Below are positions 12,301-25,400 of a stretch of 64,000 bases of DNA, piece after piece. The stretch lies in the NCBI RefSeq assembly GCF_964204645.1, contig NC_134025.1, positions 5,456,001 through 5,520,000 of the forward strand. Direction: 5' to 3'. The notes under the pieces are model-generated. The model had not been told where the DNA came from, ran no database searches, and saw only the letters and a program-made list of their open reading frames with translations. Position numbers and translations under genes: made by a program. Positions within the stretch are counted from its first letter, which is position 1. The number at the start of each line of letters is the position of its first letter. The stretch is from Tubulanus polymorphus (taxonomy: Eukaryota > Animalia > Nemertea).

Positions 12301-15300
12301 TGGCAAGCAAGACGTCACGTACGCCAGCGAGATATTAGGATTGCGAGCCGTCACGACCAGGCACCCGGACCTCGGTTTACTCCGAGTTTTCTGGTCGTCG
12401 GCTCGATCCATCAACCTCGAATGACAGTACAGCAATTTACTGCAATGATCATCTCACACAAACGCCCGTTTTACGGTGGCGTCTAACAAATAATGTTTTG
12501 TTTATCTATTTGAGAAATTGCAGAACTTTGTTGATTTTCTAGCAGCCTGACGAATCGCTTAATAATGATCGGTGACACAGCGCCGCAAATTTAGATCGTA
12601 TCAATTCATTATCGAATACAAATGTCGACACGAATTTATTCGGGATCATTTCGGCTTTTGTCAAGATTCTTGACACCCTGCGAAACACCGCCGGAAGTTC
12701 AAATCTAACAAAAAGCCACCCAACGTTAAACATTTTCTTTACGCTTTTGTCAATAAGAGCGAAAAAAAGTCGCCGCGTATGAAATATAGCGGATTTCCAT
12801 TTTCTGTGTCTGATGTGTGAAGAATTGATTTTCTGCTACAGTCGGGGTGACTGAAATATTTCTCCACCACTTTGGCGGCTAGACATTAATAATGTATTCG
12901 TTAAAACAATGATCAATACAAAACAATTAGAGGCGAAAGCGAAAACTTGCATTGACAGGTTGGAAACTGTATTAAGAAGATATATCGTGTTGCATTGGAT
13001 TCCGTTTCTTGGATTGTTTTTGCGTTTGAAACCTAATACCGAAGACGTGGTCGCCTATACTTGCGATAACACGGACTTCGCGGTGCAAACGTGCTTTTCT
13101 GATGAAAATGATTATGGCTACGAATATTTTCTGAATCCGGAACGTGCGGCGCATGCGGGTCGATGTGGTATCGCATTTTGAGTATTCTACGCGAGTAAAA
13201 GGAGGATGAAAATGTGTCAGATGTTTCGGAGGCGTTCGTCGCCGTCGACTGACTTGAGTAAACTTTTCATCATTTCCATTTAATGGGCAACACACTAACA
13301 TGAGGCAGTTTTAATGAAAACGGCAACACGATACGGCTTCAGTTTGTTCAATGCATATATTTGATCAAGGGAAAGCTAAACTCAGGCAATCGATGGTCGC
13401 AACCTGCATAGCCATATCGGATCAATAGCGATATGTACTGCTATAGCCACGTGGCTTTTCATATTACCCAACAGATTTTATAATTCAGAATAATTGCTTC
13501 CTTCAATGAAGGTTATAATTATTTAAGTATAGGGAAACCTTGTCGGTGTGGCGATTCTCCCAGGTGGGTTATCGGGCAATATGGTGGGGTTTGATCACTC
13601 ATTTTCCAAATTTCCAATTTTTACGTTAAAAATCCTTTTTGTTCATAACACGAAATAATTCATCCTTATATCTTTTTAATGCATGTGATGAAATAAACAG
13701 ACCTTTTCAAATCAAATCGGTGTTTGTGATTTAGCATTGGCTCCATGGTTATCGTAAGTTTTAATGTAGATCTATCTGATATGTATTTGAATATTGTGAT
13801 TTATCATATTCCTCATTTTGGACCGTTGTTTAATCCTGACAAATCATCTCCTTTAAACTTTCTTTGCGTCAAAAGTCAGTCGAAATTCCATTATTCACAT
13901 CGAAATAACTACGAGAGAAACGCTATTTCAAACGAGTTTCATATCGAAATCAGTCTCATTGTACCGCGGGTTGAATCACTTTACGAGTCACAATGACAAA
14001 TTTAATCCTTTTAATTAAAACCGATCCTCACAATAGAGTTTTTAAGCTGAGAGTAAACTTCGCCAATTCTGCTGTCATAATTTGTTAAAATGATGATGAA
14101 GTTATTCTCATCGACTTCAAGCTACTCGTCGTCTTGTTTTCAAGAGACAATGAATCTTTTAGATCTTGTTCTGTACTCTGAGGTCAGGGTAGGAGGGTGT
14201 ACAACTGTTCGAGTTCTTAAAACGTTTGAAGCTATTCAAACTACTTTAGCACGTCTCTATTTCAAACTACAGATCATGATAAAAAATCGTGTTTCAAATC
14301 AGGGACATCACTCCCAAACTTAACGTTGTTATGGGTAACACATCCGTGTTATCCTCCTACTAGAGCGCCGTACAGGATCTCTTGCGAATGTTTTATGTGG
14401 TTTTTTCGAAATCGAATATTCCAAAAGTCTCAAAATAAAGAGAAGAAATTGCTTGGGTGTTACATTGAATTTCTTCTGGTGCTGTGTGTCATCCAGACAA
14501 GAATGCGAATTGAGATAATTTTGAGTTAGTATTGACACTGGGATTAGGTCTCCCCCAATTCATTTTATTAGATATTTTCTCCTTTCTGCAAGTCGGTATC
14601 GTCACGTTTTTGGCGTTCCCCTCGGAACTGTAATCTACAGCAACTCGGTTATCTATCACTGCGGCAAGATTCATTACGCGATCCGTGGAATTATTAATTT
14701 GATTTGAACATGGGGCCCCATGTTTACATTCGTGGATTGAAATTAGTTGCGCGCGCTCCGCCAGCGCCGGATATTCGCCAAGATGGTCGTGGAAAAGCGA
14801 TAACTTGTCAATCGGAACGCCAGGCACGTCTGCCAACCACCTTAACGCGAACAACCGACATATGTAGAATTAGAAGACACCAAACGAAAGTAAATAAAGT
14901 CAAATCGACGATGAACATGAAAAAGTAAATTACTTCTACTGCGTTGCACCCGTCCTCTCTTAAATATGCAATTACGTTGATTAAGGCCGACGATTTACTT
15001 CGTAATTGAGTACGCCTCTGGCGCGCTTTCCCAGTTTTTCGAAGCACGTTCAGAACACTAAACACGTTCTTCGGAAACTTTTTATACGTCTCTGGGCAGT
15101 GGACTCAAACTCGAAACTCCGTCCGCTTGTTTGCTTCTTGTATTATAAATAGTAAACACACGTTCGGTAAATATGAACTTTTATTATCGCATAGTAAGTT
15201 CACTTCATTAATAACGAATAAATAATCACCAGCCGAAGACGAGCCGTCCTCCGCTATTCAACCGAAATTATACGGTATGATTTTACAAATCATCTGTAAA

Positions 15301-18300
15301 CACGAAACCGATTCTCCTTCAAGAATATACACGGTCTCGTCTGTGTATATGTTATACTTGAGGTGCGACCCTAACAAACACTTAGACAGCTTACCATTTA
15401 TCAATAATGTTTTTTGACACCCGACTTCGCCATACTTATTGTCTAGGTTGTAACGATTAAGGTTAGCTCTTTCGGCGTGCTTTATAGACTTCGACTTTTC
15501 ATTCAAATCGTTTCTAGTCATTCATGCTACATTCTTCGCTTGAATTTCAGGGAACTATATAGAAAAAAGCGACCGAATGCGGAATTATTTAATCGTGGTT
15601 TATTATAATTTTTCGTCAATGAATATGATTGTTGTACAAAAGTAATGTTCACTCAATTGCATCCATTCACGCTTTCTTTGTGAAGGTGTTTGCCTCAAAA
15701 ATAAAACCGAATAGAAACTGAATTTATGTGCGAGTATTCTTTATTACTTTTTGAAATGTCTTCCTTCGTCGGTCTATTGAATTTTCTTCGGGTGTTCTTC
15801 GTGAGAGTAAATTTTGCCTATTGAACACGCACGCTCGAGACCACCTACGAGTAATAAAACAACCCCTAAAACGTGCGTTTCTCTATTCATATATACATGG
15901 AAGTTAATTCGGTTATTTTCACCCCGCCTGATGCGTAATATTTGCGAATTAGCAAGTGAATTAATGTTATTCTAGTAATTATTTGCGAGATATTCACGCG
16001 TTTATTATAGAACTACGAAGTTCTCATGTGTCAGCAACTCTTGGCCACGAAGCATCAATACGATTTTTGGGAATTCTAAAAAGAAATACCGAAGACTACC
16101 CCCTTATCAAAAATGATGTCAGAAAAAAATTTAAAATATGAATAATCACCCATAAAATATGAATTATGTGTCTGGCACACTTAGCAGTATCTGCGACAAG
16201 TAATGCCGTGCAATGATCTTGTATTACCACTTAAATTACTGCGGACTTGTCAACTTATATTGTTACTAATACATGATTTATATTGCAGCGAATAAACAAA
16301 TTTCACCCAATTTATTCAAAGCATATATAGTTAATAATAATAATTGTATTTGCATACGATAACGGTACAACAATTCGCATAGCCGGATCACATGTCACTT
16401 CCGCCTTAAAACTAGCCAAATTAAGCCTATAGCCCTCATTAACATAACCATTATCATAATATGGCATTTAGACTGGAATGATATAAAATGCAGAATGTGG
16501 CTCTATCTTCGAAAAGTATTTTTTCAGAATTTTCAGCAGATTTTAGTATTAATTTTTTCCATTGATTTACGAGAGGGCCTTAGTGTGTGTGATAAAATGG
16601 ATTTACGAGTAATATTATGATTAATGGTATGTTGACTTATTCGTCTAAAATAAATAGAATATTGATCTCTATGTATTGGCGTTGGGCAGATATGTGATCG
16701 AGTGTCAAGTAGTAATAAATTCAAAATATGTCAATATCTTTAACAAATAAACAAATCCCGAAGAAAGAAGTAAAGGGTAAATACCTCAGCTATTCACATT
16801 TATCGAATTTCTTGGAAGAGGTGATAGTCAGTCAACCAGTCAATTAATACATAAATAAAGTCTGCTTGATCAACTCAAGGATATCAAATTATATAGTGTT
16901 CTGTACCTAGACCCTACCTGTTTATGAATATGTTGCCTATACTATCGATCTTCGACTAAATATATGATTGGTTCAATGCCATTTGAGCTTTTGAAGATTG
17001 CACTTTTGTAAAAAAGCAGCAGACAAACAAAGCGTAATTCTTTTATATCAAAATCGTTTGGAAGTAGGCCCAAGCGGTTTGTGATTCCTCAATTCTGGCA
17101 AAATGAGGGTAGATATCGCAACATCTGGCTAGGCACATTTGAAGACAAATTTTCAATTTATGCAACCATGCAATTTGTCGCTGTTATATTGGTGTTTGCG
17201 ATAAGGAAATGACTTCATCATCTATTCCCCGATGATTGATAGTCGTATATTGAGACCCCATTTGATTAATAACCCTGATAACACTGAGTCAGCCGCTGTT
17301 TTGCATTATTATTTATGTTTATATATGGGTGGATAAAAATCAAGACAAATAAGGCAATGTATAAATCAAGAATTTTTTTTCTGAATTCAGAAACATCCTT
17401 GCTCTCTAATAACGATATGGCTGATTTTCATTACTTCATAAAAGCTGTGAAATTGAAGTGGATCAAATAAAATGGTGTCAAATGTGGTTTCCCGAACTCT
17501 GGTTTCTCGTGTATATCTTGTTGTTCGTCTTCAGTATAGAGACTGGTCTTTAAATAGGTTCGTGATCTTTGTAATGATTTTCTTCGCACAGGAAACCGCC
17601 ACTTAAAACGGCATTGATTCCAAATCTATATATCGCACGACAACTTTACTTCCTGTTTGGCAGATAGCTAAACTACAAGATATCGAATTCGAGCGCTTTT
17701 GTGAGAAAAACAGGACATAGCATTTTGCTCTTTGACTTTTCGCAATACATAGGTTCCATCGCATTAATGTGACATCTTAGTCTGACCTCGTAGCGACTCA
17801 GTAAATAGCCTTATTTGCACAAACAGAATTGATAAGATATATTTCGCATATAGATAGTCACCTATAAAACTGGGCTACGACGTAGCCCTTCTATTTACCA
17901 TATTTCGCAATTATCAACGGTCTTATCTCCAATACGGACCTTACGTATACACCAAACATATTTTTAAGCAATCTCTCGTTTGTTTGTTTGCATATTACTC
18001 GCCTGTTTATTTTGTAGTAAGTGCGATATTTCATTCAGAAATCACCTTTATTCAAACACCATCCAAACAACGAAGAACGCTCAATAGAATCAAGAAGAAT
18101 TATCTAAGGGTCGATGTTATTTCGTGATGGATTTATTACGTGTTACCCCCCTTCCGACATCTAAAGTCTAAAGGCTCGATATGTTGGCGTTTAGTACAGA
18201 TTGATCAATGATTGAACCTTTCGTGCGTCAAGGTCTCCTAAAAAATACCTTCATTAGATATATGGCTCTCGGCGAAATAACAAATATTTCGTTTCAATTT

Positions 18301-19462
18301 GAGCATTTTTATCATTTATGAATTCACAAAATTATTCATTTATAAATATTAATGTATATACATCTTGAACATGTATATATTATATTCAAAATGATAGTAC
18401 ATGTACTACCATAACATAGTATTGCTCAGTTCTAGATTTTATTGGACAATTTAAATGGGAATATGAGGAAAGTAAACCTATACGATGCGTTTTATAAAAC
18501 AAATTTTACGATTTTTCGAGTGGACCAGTTTATCGGGATCGGGACAAAAGTCAAGGTTTTGGGCGCAATCAGTCGATAACGTTCGATTCTGAACAATAAC
18601 GCGTCAGGCGTTGCTCGCAAGATTAAAGCCGAATTTTGCCCGATTTCCTTATCAGTTACCGCGATAAACTGAAATAGCATTTTCTACGATGAATAACGTT
18701 AGTAATCCTTATGTAGAAGAATTAGTAAAATCTGAGGGATTCTTACTTGGAAACCGCTATGTAGGTTTATTATCGAAGTATGTGACAAAGCTTTTATCTT
18801 ATCACTTCGCCTTATTATGCTATATAAGTTACTTGGAACTGTATTTGCATATCAATGTAAGGTATTCCATAAAATTCTAAATGCATCATGAATTCTAATT
18901 CGAAATATGTTTCAAGAGCTCTAGGTTCTCCGGGCGTATCAATGGTGGAAACTATCTTCGTATATGAAGACAATCTCATTCATGCTAGAGAAAATCTATC
19001 CTCCTTTTCAGAAAATCTTGATCTAGATCTGGATCTTGAATTATTCGAAGATATATATGTCTAGAGACCATGAACTACATTCCCGCGGCGTCCCGAGAAC
19101 AAATGTCAACGATTTAAACTCGTTGAAAATGTCAAATATTTTGGCCGGCGTTGACAACGGAAAAAGATTGATTCGCCAAACAGAGCAACTAATTTTAGAG
19201 CACTTCAAATATGAGCGTTTACAATAATATCAGACTTGAGTTTACGTTTCGAAGATTGATCGAATTAAAAATGCGACGAAATTTGACATAAACAGGTCGA
19301 TACAATGACACTTGCTCTATCAATTTGATTGATTTATCAGCCGAAAAAAGTCTGGTCACCCACGCCACCGTCTGGAAAATGCCGCAAAATTCACAAATGC
19401 AAAAATAATTCGTGCCCGTGTATATATATATCGCTATAATAATACGACAAAGGACAAAATAC

Positions 19463-19484
19463 ATATATATATATATATATATAT
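19463..19484. repeat. (AT)11 microsatellite
   Basis: Read directly from the sequence. Confidence 0.9.
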
Positions 19485-22400
19485 TTGATAAGATAAGAGG
19501 CCTTCCGGTTGCTAGGTCTGTCGTGTTCATGACTGTTTTATTTTTCACAAATAGGAATTTAGAAAATTGCCTGCCACATCGCCTTATCATCTATTTCTAC
19601 TAGGTGAACAATATAGAGTTTTTCCACGATTTTCAGACAAATGTTCGTAAAAATTTATTGCTAATTTGCGCGATTGGACGTAGATGATTCGCTCAACAAC
19701 CATAATTAATAGCATGCTTAGTTTTTATTTTTTATTTTATAGCACCCCTTGGACGATGAACGTATCCTAAAACATGCAGCTTCGTCATTCGTAACCCATT
19801 ATGAAATGACTCGATCACGGTGAAACCCGTGATTAACTTTTGTATGACCGGAAATTTTGAATGATTCGATTGTTTTTGCACGACGGGCAATAATTTGTCG
19901 TCATCCGCCTCGAACAGATCAATCTAAAGCCGATGACAGGGTTTATTTGCGCGATGTCTCGCCCCAGGGTAGCCAGCCCTCTCGCCCGTGTGCCGCACGA
20001 CATATTAGCGGATGAATTATCATTTGTATCGGCCAATTATCAACATATTGAATGCGATCCCCCAAATCATAATCACCATCTTGCGATATAATTTTTCCTT
20101 GAACGCATCACAGGTAATAACCCGAGGAAACAATTTTCAATTTCAATCAAACGATTTTCATTTGCTTAAAAATCCGAAGCGTATTATTGTTATTCGTCGG
20201 ACAGGAATCTAACGAATGAAAATATTTGAACGATATATTGTGTAAAGCTAGTTATTTGAGCGTGCTTCTGAAAAGGATAAACAAACTCTTGATAATTTAC
20301 AACTATACTCATAAAATTAAAATAATATTTGTCGTCGCTATACCTGTCGTTTGTGAACAGCAGTAATACATATGAATTAGCTCTATTTACGTTTACTGTT
20401 CAGCTTATCAGGCTCTTTTCTAGTCGGTAAATTTACTTACTCATTGCAAATAGATTCAAGCCATGTCTAGCAGCAATTTATGGAATCTCTTCCAATATTG
20501 ATACTACTCCAGTCATTTTTCTATTCGTACTTTCTGTAAGACTTACGTCTCCGTGTAAAAACACCCAGCTTGTAATCCGCGAGATAACGGGTTTTTGCGA
20601 TGTTCGCTTAAAGATCATTTTCCGTAAGGAGATTAATATAAATGAATTGGTATTTCAAATAAATCATTTATGGTAGGTTATAAAATGCTTTTTCGTATGC
20701 TTCTCATCTATTTCATGTTCAAAACGCCAGAGATCCAACCGCCACAATTTACCTGATAGATCTTATTGGTCGTATATATCGTCTTTACTTAATCTTCAAA
20801 TATAACGGAAAATTCATCTTGTAAAATTGAATTGTCAATCGTTAATGTTCCTTCTATTCGTACTCGATGGAAACAAGATCGTCGTGATCCCCATCGTAAA
20901 TCTTTGATTCATTGATTCATTGTCAGAAGCGACTACTAATCATAACTCCCAAAAACTCGAATTGCTGTAAATCCTGAAGAAAGTGCCACAATCGGCCTCG
21001 CAATCCTTCGGAACCGTTGTTTGGTTTATGTCTTGTCAAACATGCCCATCCAATCGGGCAAAGTTGATCAAGCATAATCACTACGTTTAACCGATATCTT
21101 CCGAATTTTCTCTATGTTTTATTAACGAAAATCTGCGTTGATTTACTCCCATTTTGACCATGCTGATTTCGCCGTGAATCTAGCCATTCTGTTTCCCTAA
21201 AACGGTTCATCCGATCCTTCCTCAAATATAACGACGCCTCGCAAATAATACCCGAGCAAAACCAAATAGAATCAACCCCTATAGCATCAGCGGTGAATTT
21301 GTACTATTTTGACGTCAATAATCGTATTTGGCATGGCATCTGTTCGGGCATTTAGTACGATGATAATGATATAGTAGTGGTGTACCTGGCAATGTTTTTT
21401 TTCAATATCAAATAAGATATTCAATGGACGGGGATATATTGAGGGATTGCTTTCATCTTCGGTGTCTGTTTTTGTGGCAGAACACTCGATTGCACAGACA
21501 TAAGTAACATAGACGGTGCGGAATGCAAAGCGACGTTCGCGCCCGTTATTGCTGTGTTTAATATCGCCATGTTTACATGTGCCCCGGAGAAGGAAATGAA
21601 CAGGCAGATTAGCTGGCGGTTTTTGCCCTGTTCTCTCTGAAGCAGGATATTAAAAATTTCACTGCTGCCGCGAATGGCAATAATGTCGGTTCTTATTTCA
21701 TGAAACGGCTCGGAACGAAGCATTTAATCTGGCATCATCGAATTTCTGGCGGAGATCGAAGAAGACGGTAACGCATAATTAGATCTAGCACTCGTCCGAG
21801 CGAGCAGTCTGCGAATTAGACTGGTCGCCGCGATCATAGAAGATTATCGAGGTAGAAATGCGATGAGCCGAGGTATTGTTCAAGTACGCGATGCGACGTT
21901 CTTTGAAGCTCCTTCGGTGTGTTTTTTCTTATTTCGTTGAGTTGTTCATTTGGTGGTCGGGTTACACGTCGGCGCTCGTATACAACATGCATAAATCATT
22001 GGCGTGTCTTTTTGTTGTTGGAATGGAATACCGATCAAAAGCGCGTATAGTGGGTTCTCTTCATTAACAGAACTGGCCAAACAACTCCGTGAAACCTGGT
22101 ACACAACTGTAAATACGTCCTAAGATCACACAAAGAGAAAGATTAATATTTACAAACTCTCTCGTGTCTGAGGACTGTCATATCCTCCTTTTGTACTCGT
22201 TTGACACAGACAAGCGCGCAGCAATATCCGAAGATTCCTTCGAACAAACCTGCGACGCCCGGTGTTTACCTACACTAAAACGGCTTTTTCGCCGCATTGC
22301 CACCCAGTGAATTAAACCGCTTTTTAAACTACGCATAAAAGCGGCATTCGCGTTTTTGATAAAGTCAACTACGTTTCATTGTGATCGTTCTATCATCGGC

Positions 22401-25400
22401 CTAATTCTGGAGTCGTGGCTCGTTATTCGCGACATCCCGTATATAAGCGCTAGAACATCAGTGAAAAGTTGGTAAATCACCATATTCAAAATTCGAACTG
22501 AACACAAATTCACAATTGTTTAAAGAAAATAAATCGTTGAGAAAAAAATCTTTCAAAAGTGGTTATTTTGCTCAAACTGGAAGTGCGATAACAGAAACGT
22601 TGATTGGTCGCGATAATCCCGCCTTGTGGAGTGTTGATAGGATAAATTGTTTTTCTATTTTACCAAAAGAACGCATGTCGCTCTTTGTCCTGTCGATTTA
22701 ACTCGGGTTTCAGTGAGCAACAATAAAAAAGCATATCAAAGATCACCAACTATTCTCAATCGAGGAAATCAATGCATTCCCATTCATCGTTCATGCAATT
22801 CAAATTTTTCGGTGTCGCGTTCTTCTTTTTCCTTTTTTCGTCTGCATTAATTAGAAGATCACGCAAATTGATGACGATTAGATTTGGATGGATTAATTCT
22901 GTAATAGGCTTTTCTCTCCGATCAATCTCTTTCCTGTTGTCTATAGCCAGGCAGAAGATGCGAGGGACATATGGCATGCGGCGCGGCTTCCTTGCCTCAG
23001 TTCGGCAGAACAGTTGGCAAAAGACGGGACGTGACTCGGCATCAACTAGTCGACTTTTAAAATGGAGCGTCGCTTTTTCACACACTATCCGGGTCCGTGC
23101 GCCCTATTCAGATCCTCAGATTCACAGTTAAGAAAGGCCAAAGAATATTAAAGGTCTCCTCTATCTAATTCCTGATTGAAATATGTTTTATGGACTGAGC
23201 ACAGATTGCGGGTTGGCGGATCTAAAGTGACCATTGTTTTCGGTTATCTTTGTTCAGTGAGTTTACTATCAGTTTGGCGTCTGCGTCATAAAAAAAGAAA
23301 TTATTTTTTTCTAAAATAATTTCCATACAGATTTTCAGGAACAAAGGGTGTTTCTTGTTATATTTACATCTTACGTTATCGAATTTACACACATCTTAAC
23401 GACGAAAGACAAAAGAAAATTGTCGAAAATGTCAAGGGTTTTTATTGCCGTAAAGAGTATGAACATAATTTAGAGTTAACGTCCACCCAGAACTCTTCAT
23501 TAGTTTTTTTCTCGGAAAGACAAAGATAAACCCCCCACGCTATGCAGTAATAAATTTGGAAGTCGGATCTGTTAGTCACTTTTCTAAATAGGAGATTCTG
23601 AAAGCTTTTTAACAACTCAGTTCCATAAAATAAAAATTCACCATTCAGATTTTGAGTCGACCAACAACAATCATAAACTACCTTCGATGCCGAAATGTTG
23701 TCGCCATAGAGATAAACGACGTTTCCTGATAAGAAATTGCATGGGTCTAAATATACTCCACCGAGCCGGCATTAGGATGGAATCGGCATCATATTTCAAT
23801 GTCCCCTATGTAAATATTAATTTCGAGACTGTTGTCGTTTAATGGATGCATCTAGCACGAGTAGGGTTAGATATAAACCATTAGTCATCATGCTACTTAT
23901 CATCATTGCACATAAAAATGTTCTATATGTATTTATATATCTATATGCGGAGAGGGAATACGGAAATTCTATATTATGGTCGAGAATTGTATATTCATAA
24001 TCATTCACATGTCTACTGGATATCCCCCTGTATATATATACATACTATCGGTCGCATAAGGCGTTATCAACTTTGTTATTTCTAGATATATAATTAATTC
24101 TGATAACTTCCTAGAATCGTTGTTTTATCTTGTCTCTATCTAGACAGACGAAAAAATATTATCTGCCTTTTTGAACAAATAGAAACAACGATGCGTTGAA
24201 CTTTTAGTGCTGAAGAGATTTTTAATTTTTGACACTTTCAAGAATAATCAACATCAAATAAAAATTTTTTCTACATTTTTACCTGTAATCTTATAAAAGA
24301 TATGTCCCTCGTTTGCTTTCAGCGGCAATGTTATGCGATTTTAATAAATGACTACCGTTCGATTAAATTTTCATTTCCCCGATGAAGACATTTCTAAACG
24401 CCCAGACGTGATAAATGTCACATAATAATGGGGCTTCATTGAAGAGCCGTTTAGAAACGACCTGCAAGGTGTAATTATGCTTAAAGATGGGTTTCCTGAA
24501 GCCATACTACGTCGAATAAAGACTATCAGTTTTTAGCGCTTCGTAGCGGAAGCAATTGAGTGGAAAATTACGAATTTAGACTAAATAACATCCTATTACG
24601 ACGCCGAGAATACGATGAAACTTGCTCCACGCGGACCGTATGTTTTTTCTATTAGCTATCAATAGAGAGGGTTTTCACAAAGGTTTCAATTCTTGAAAAT
24701 ACAAAATCAAAACGTCTCCAGATGATGGACAGAGGATATATGTACATACTTATACTTATATACATATACATCGAAATCATATCTCAAATAGCTTTAACGG
24801 TATTATGATATTTGTGGAAGTTTTACGACAAGTCATTGACGCATTGAAACCGGGTGTAAAATATCGTGGGTGTATTTTATGGTGCTGTTTGATCAAAAGC
24901 GTTCCACGGTGTTATATACGCTGTGAAATCATAAGCATCATTTCACAGCCTGAATCATTCCATTCGTCGCGTTGAAAAGCATGAAATATTTCCGATTTTC
25001 CGGTGACCACCGCCGCTGAATACCGTACCGTCCTCCGTCGAGAGCCGATAAATGTCGGAGTCAAATTCTTTCCTTTGTAAATCGTCGATCGTGTGTGAGC
25101 GTCGATGTTAATCCTCGGAACATGTAAGTACTGTGCGAGAGGAAGTTCTTTTATCGAGTCGCTAAATTGACAAATTTCAGTTGAACGGAGTCTCCCGGTA
25201 CGCGATCCGGTGGTTTTCGCAATGTTCTCTATTATCTCGGTGATAAAGACATTTTTTGCAACGGAAGTAAATAAAGTGGTCCATTCAACTAGGAAGCGGC
25301 GTAATTTACAGGGGTTATTGTTTCGATCATACCAGTACCGTGTGATAGCGGCATCGTGATCACTCTGTTTTTCCCAAATCCCCGGGAATCTATCAAATAA

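Noticed and set aside
12909-23131. Longer ORFs in the gene desert (e.g. 12972-13301, 14489-14854, 19219-19590, 21421-21723, 22772-23131)
   Set aside because: No recognisable domains or consistent splice sites; consistent with chance ORFs in GC-richer non-coding blocks.
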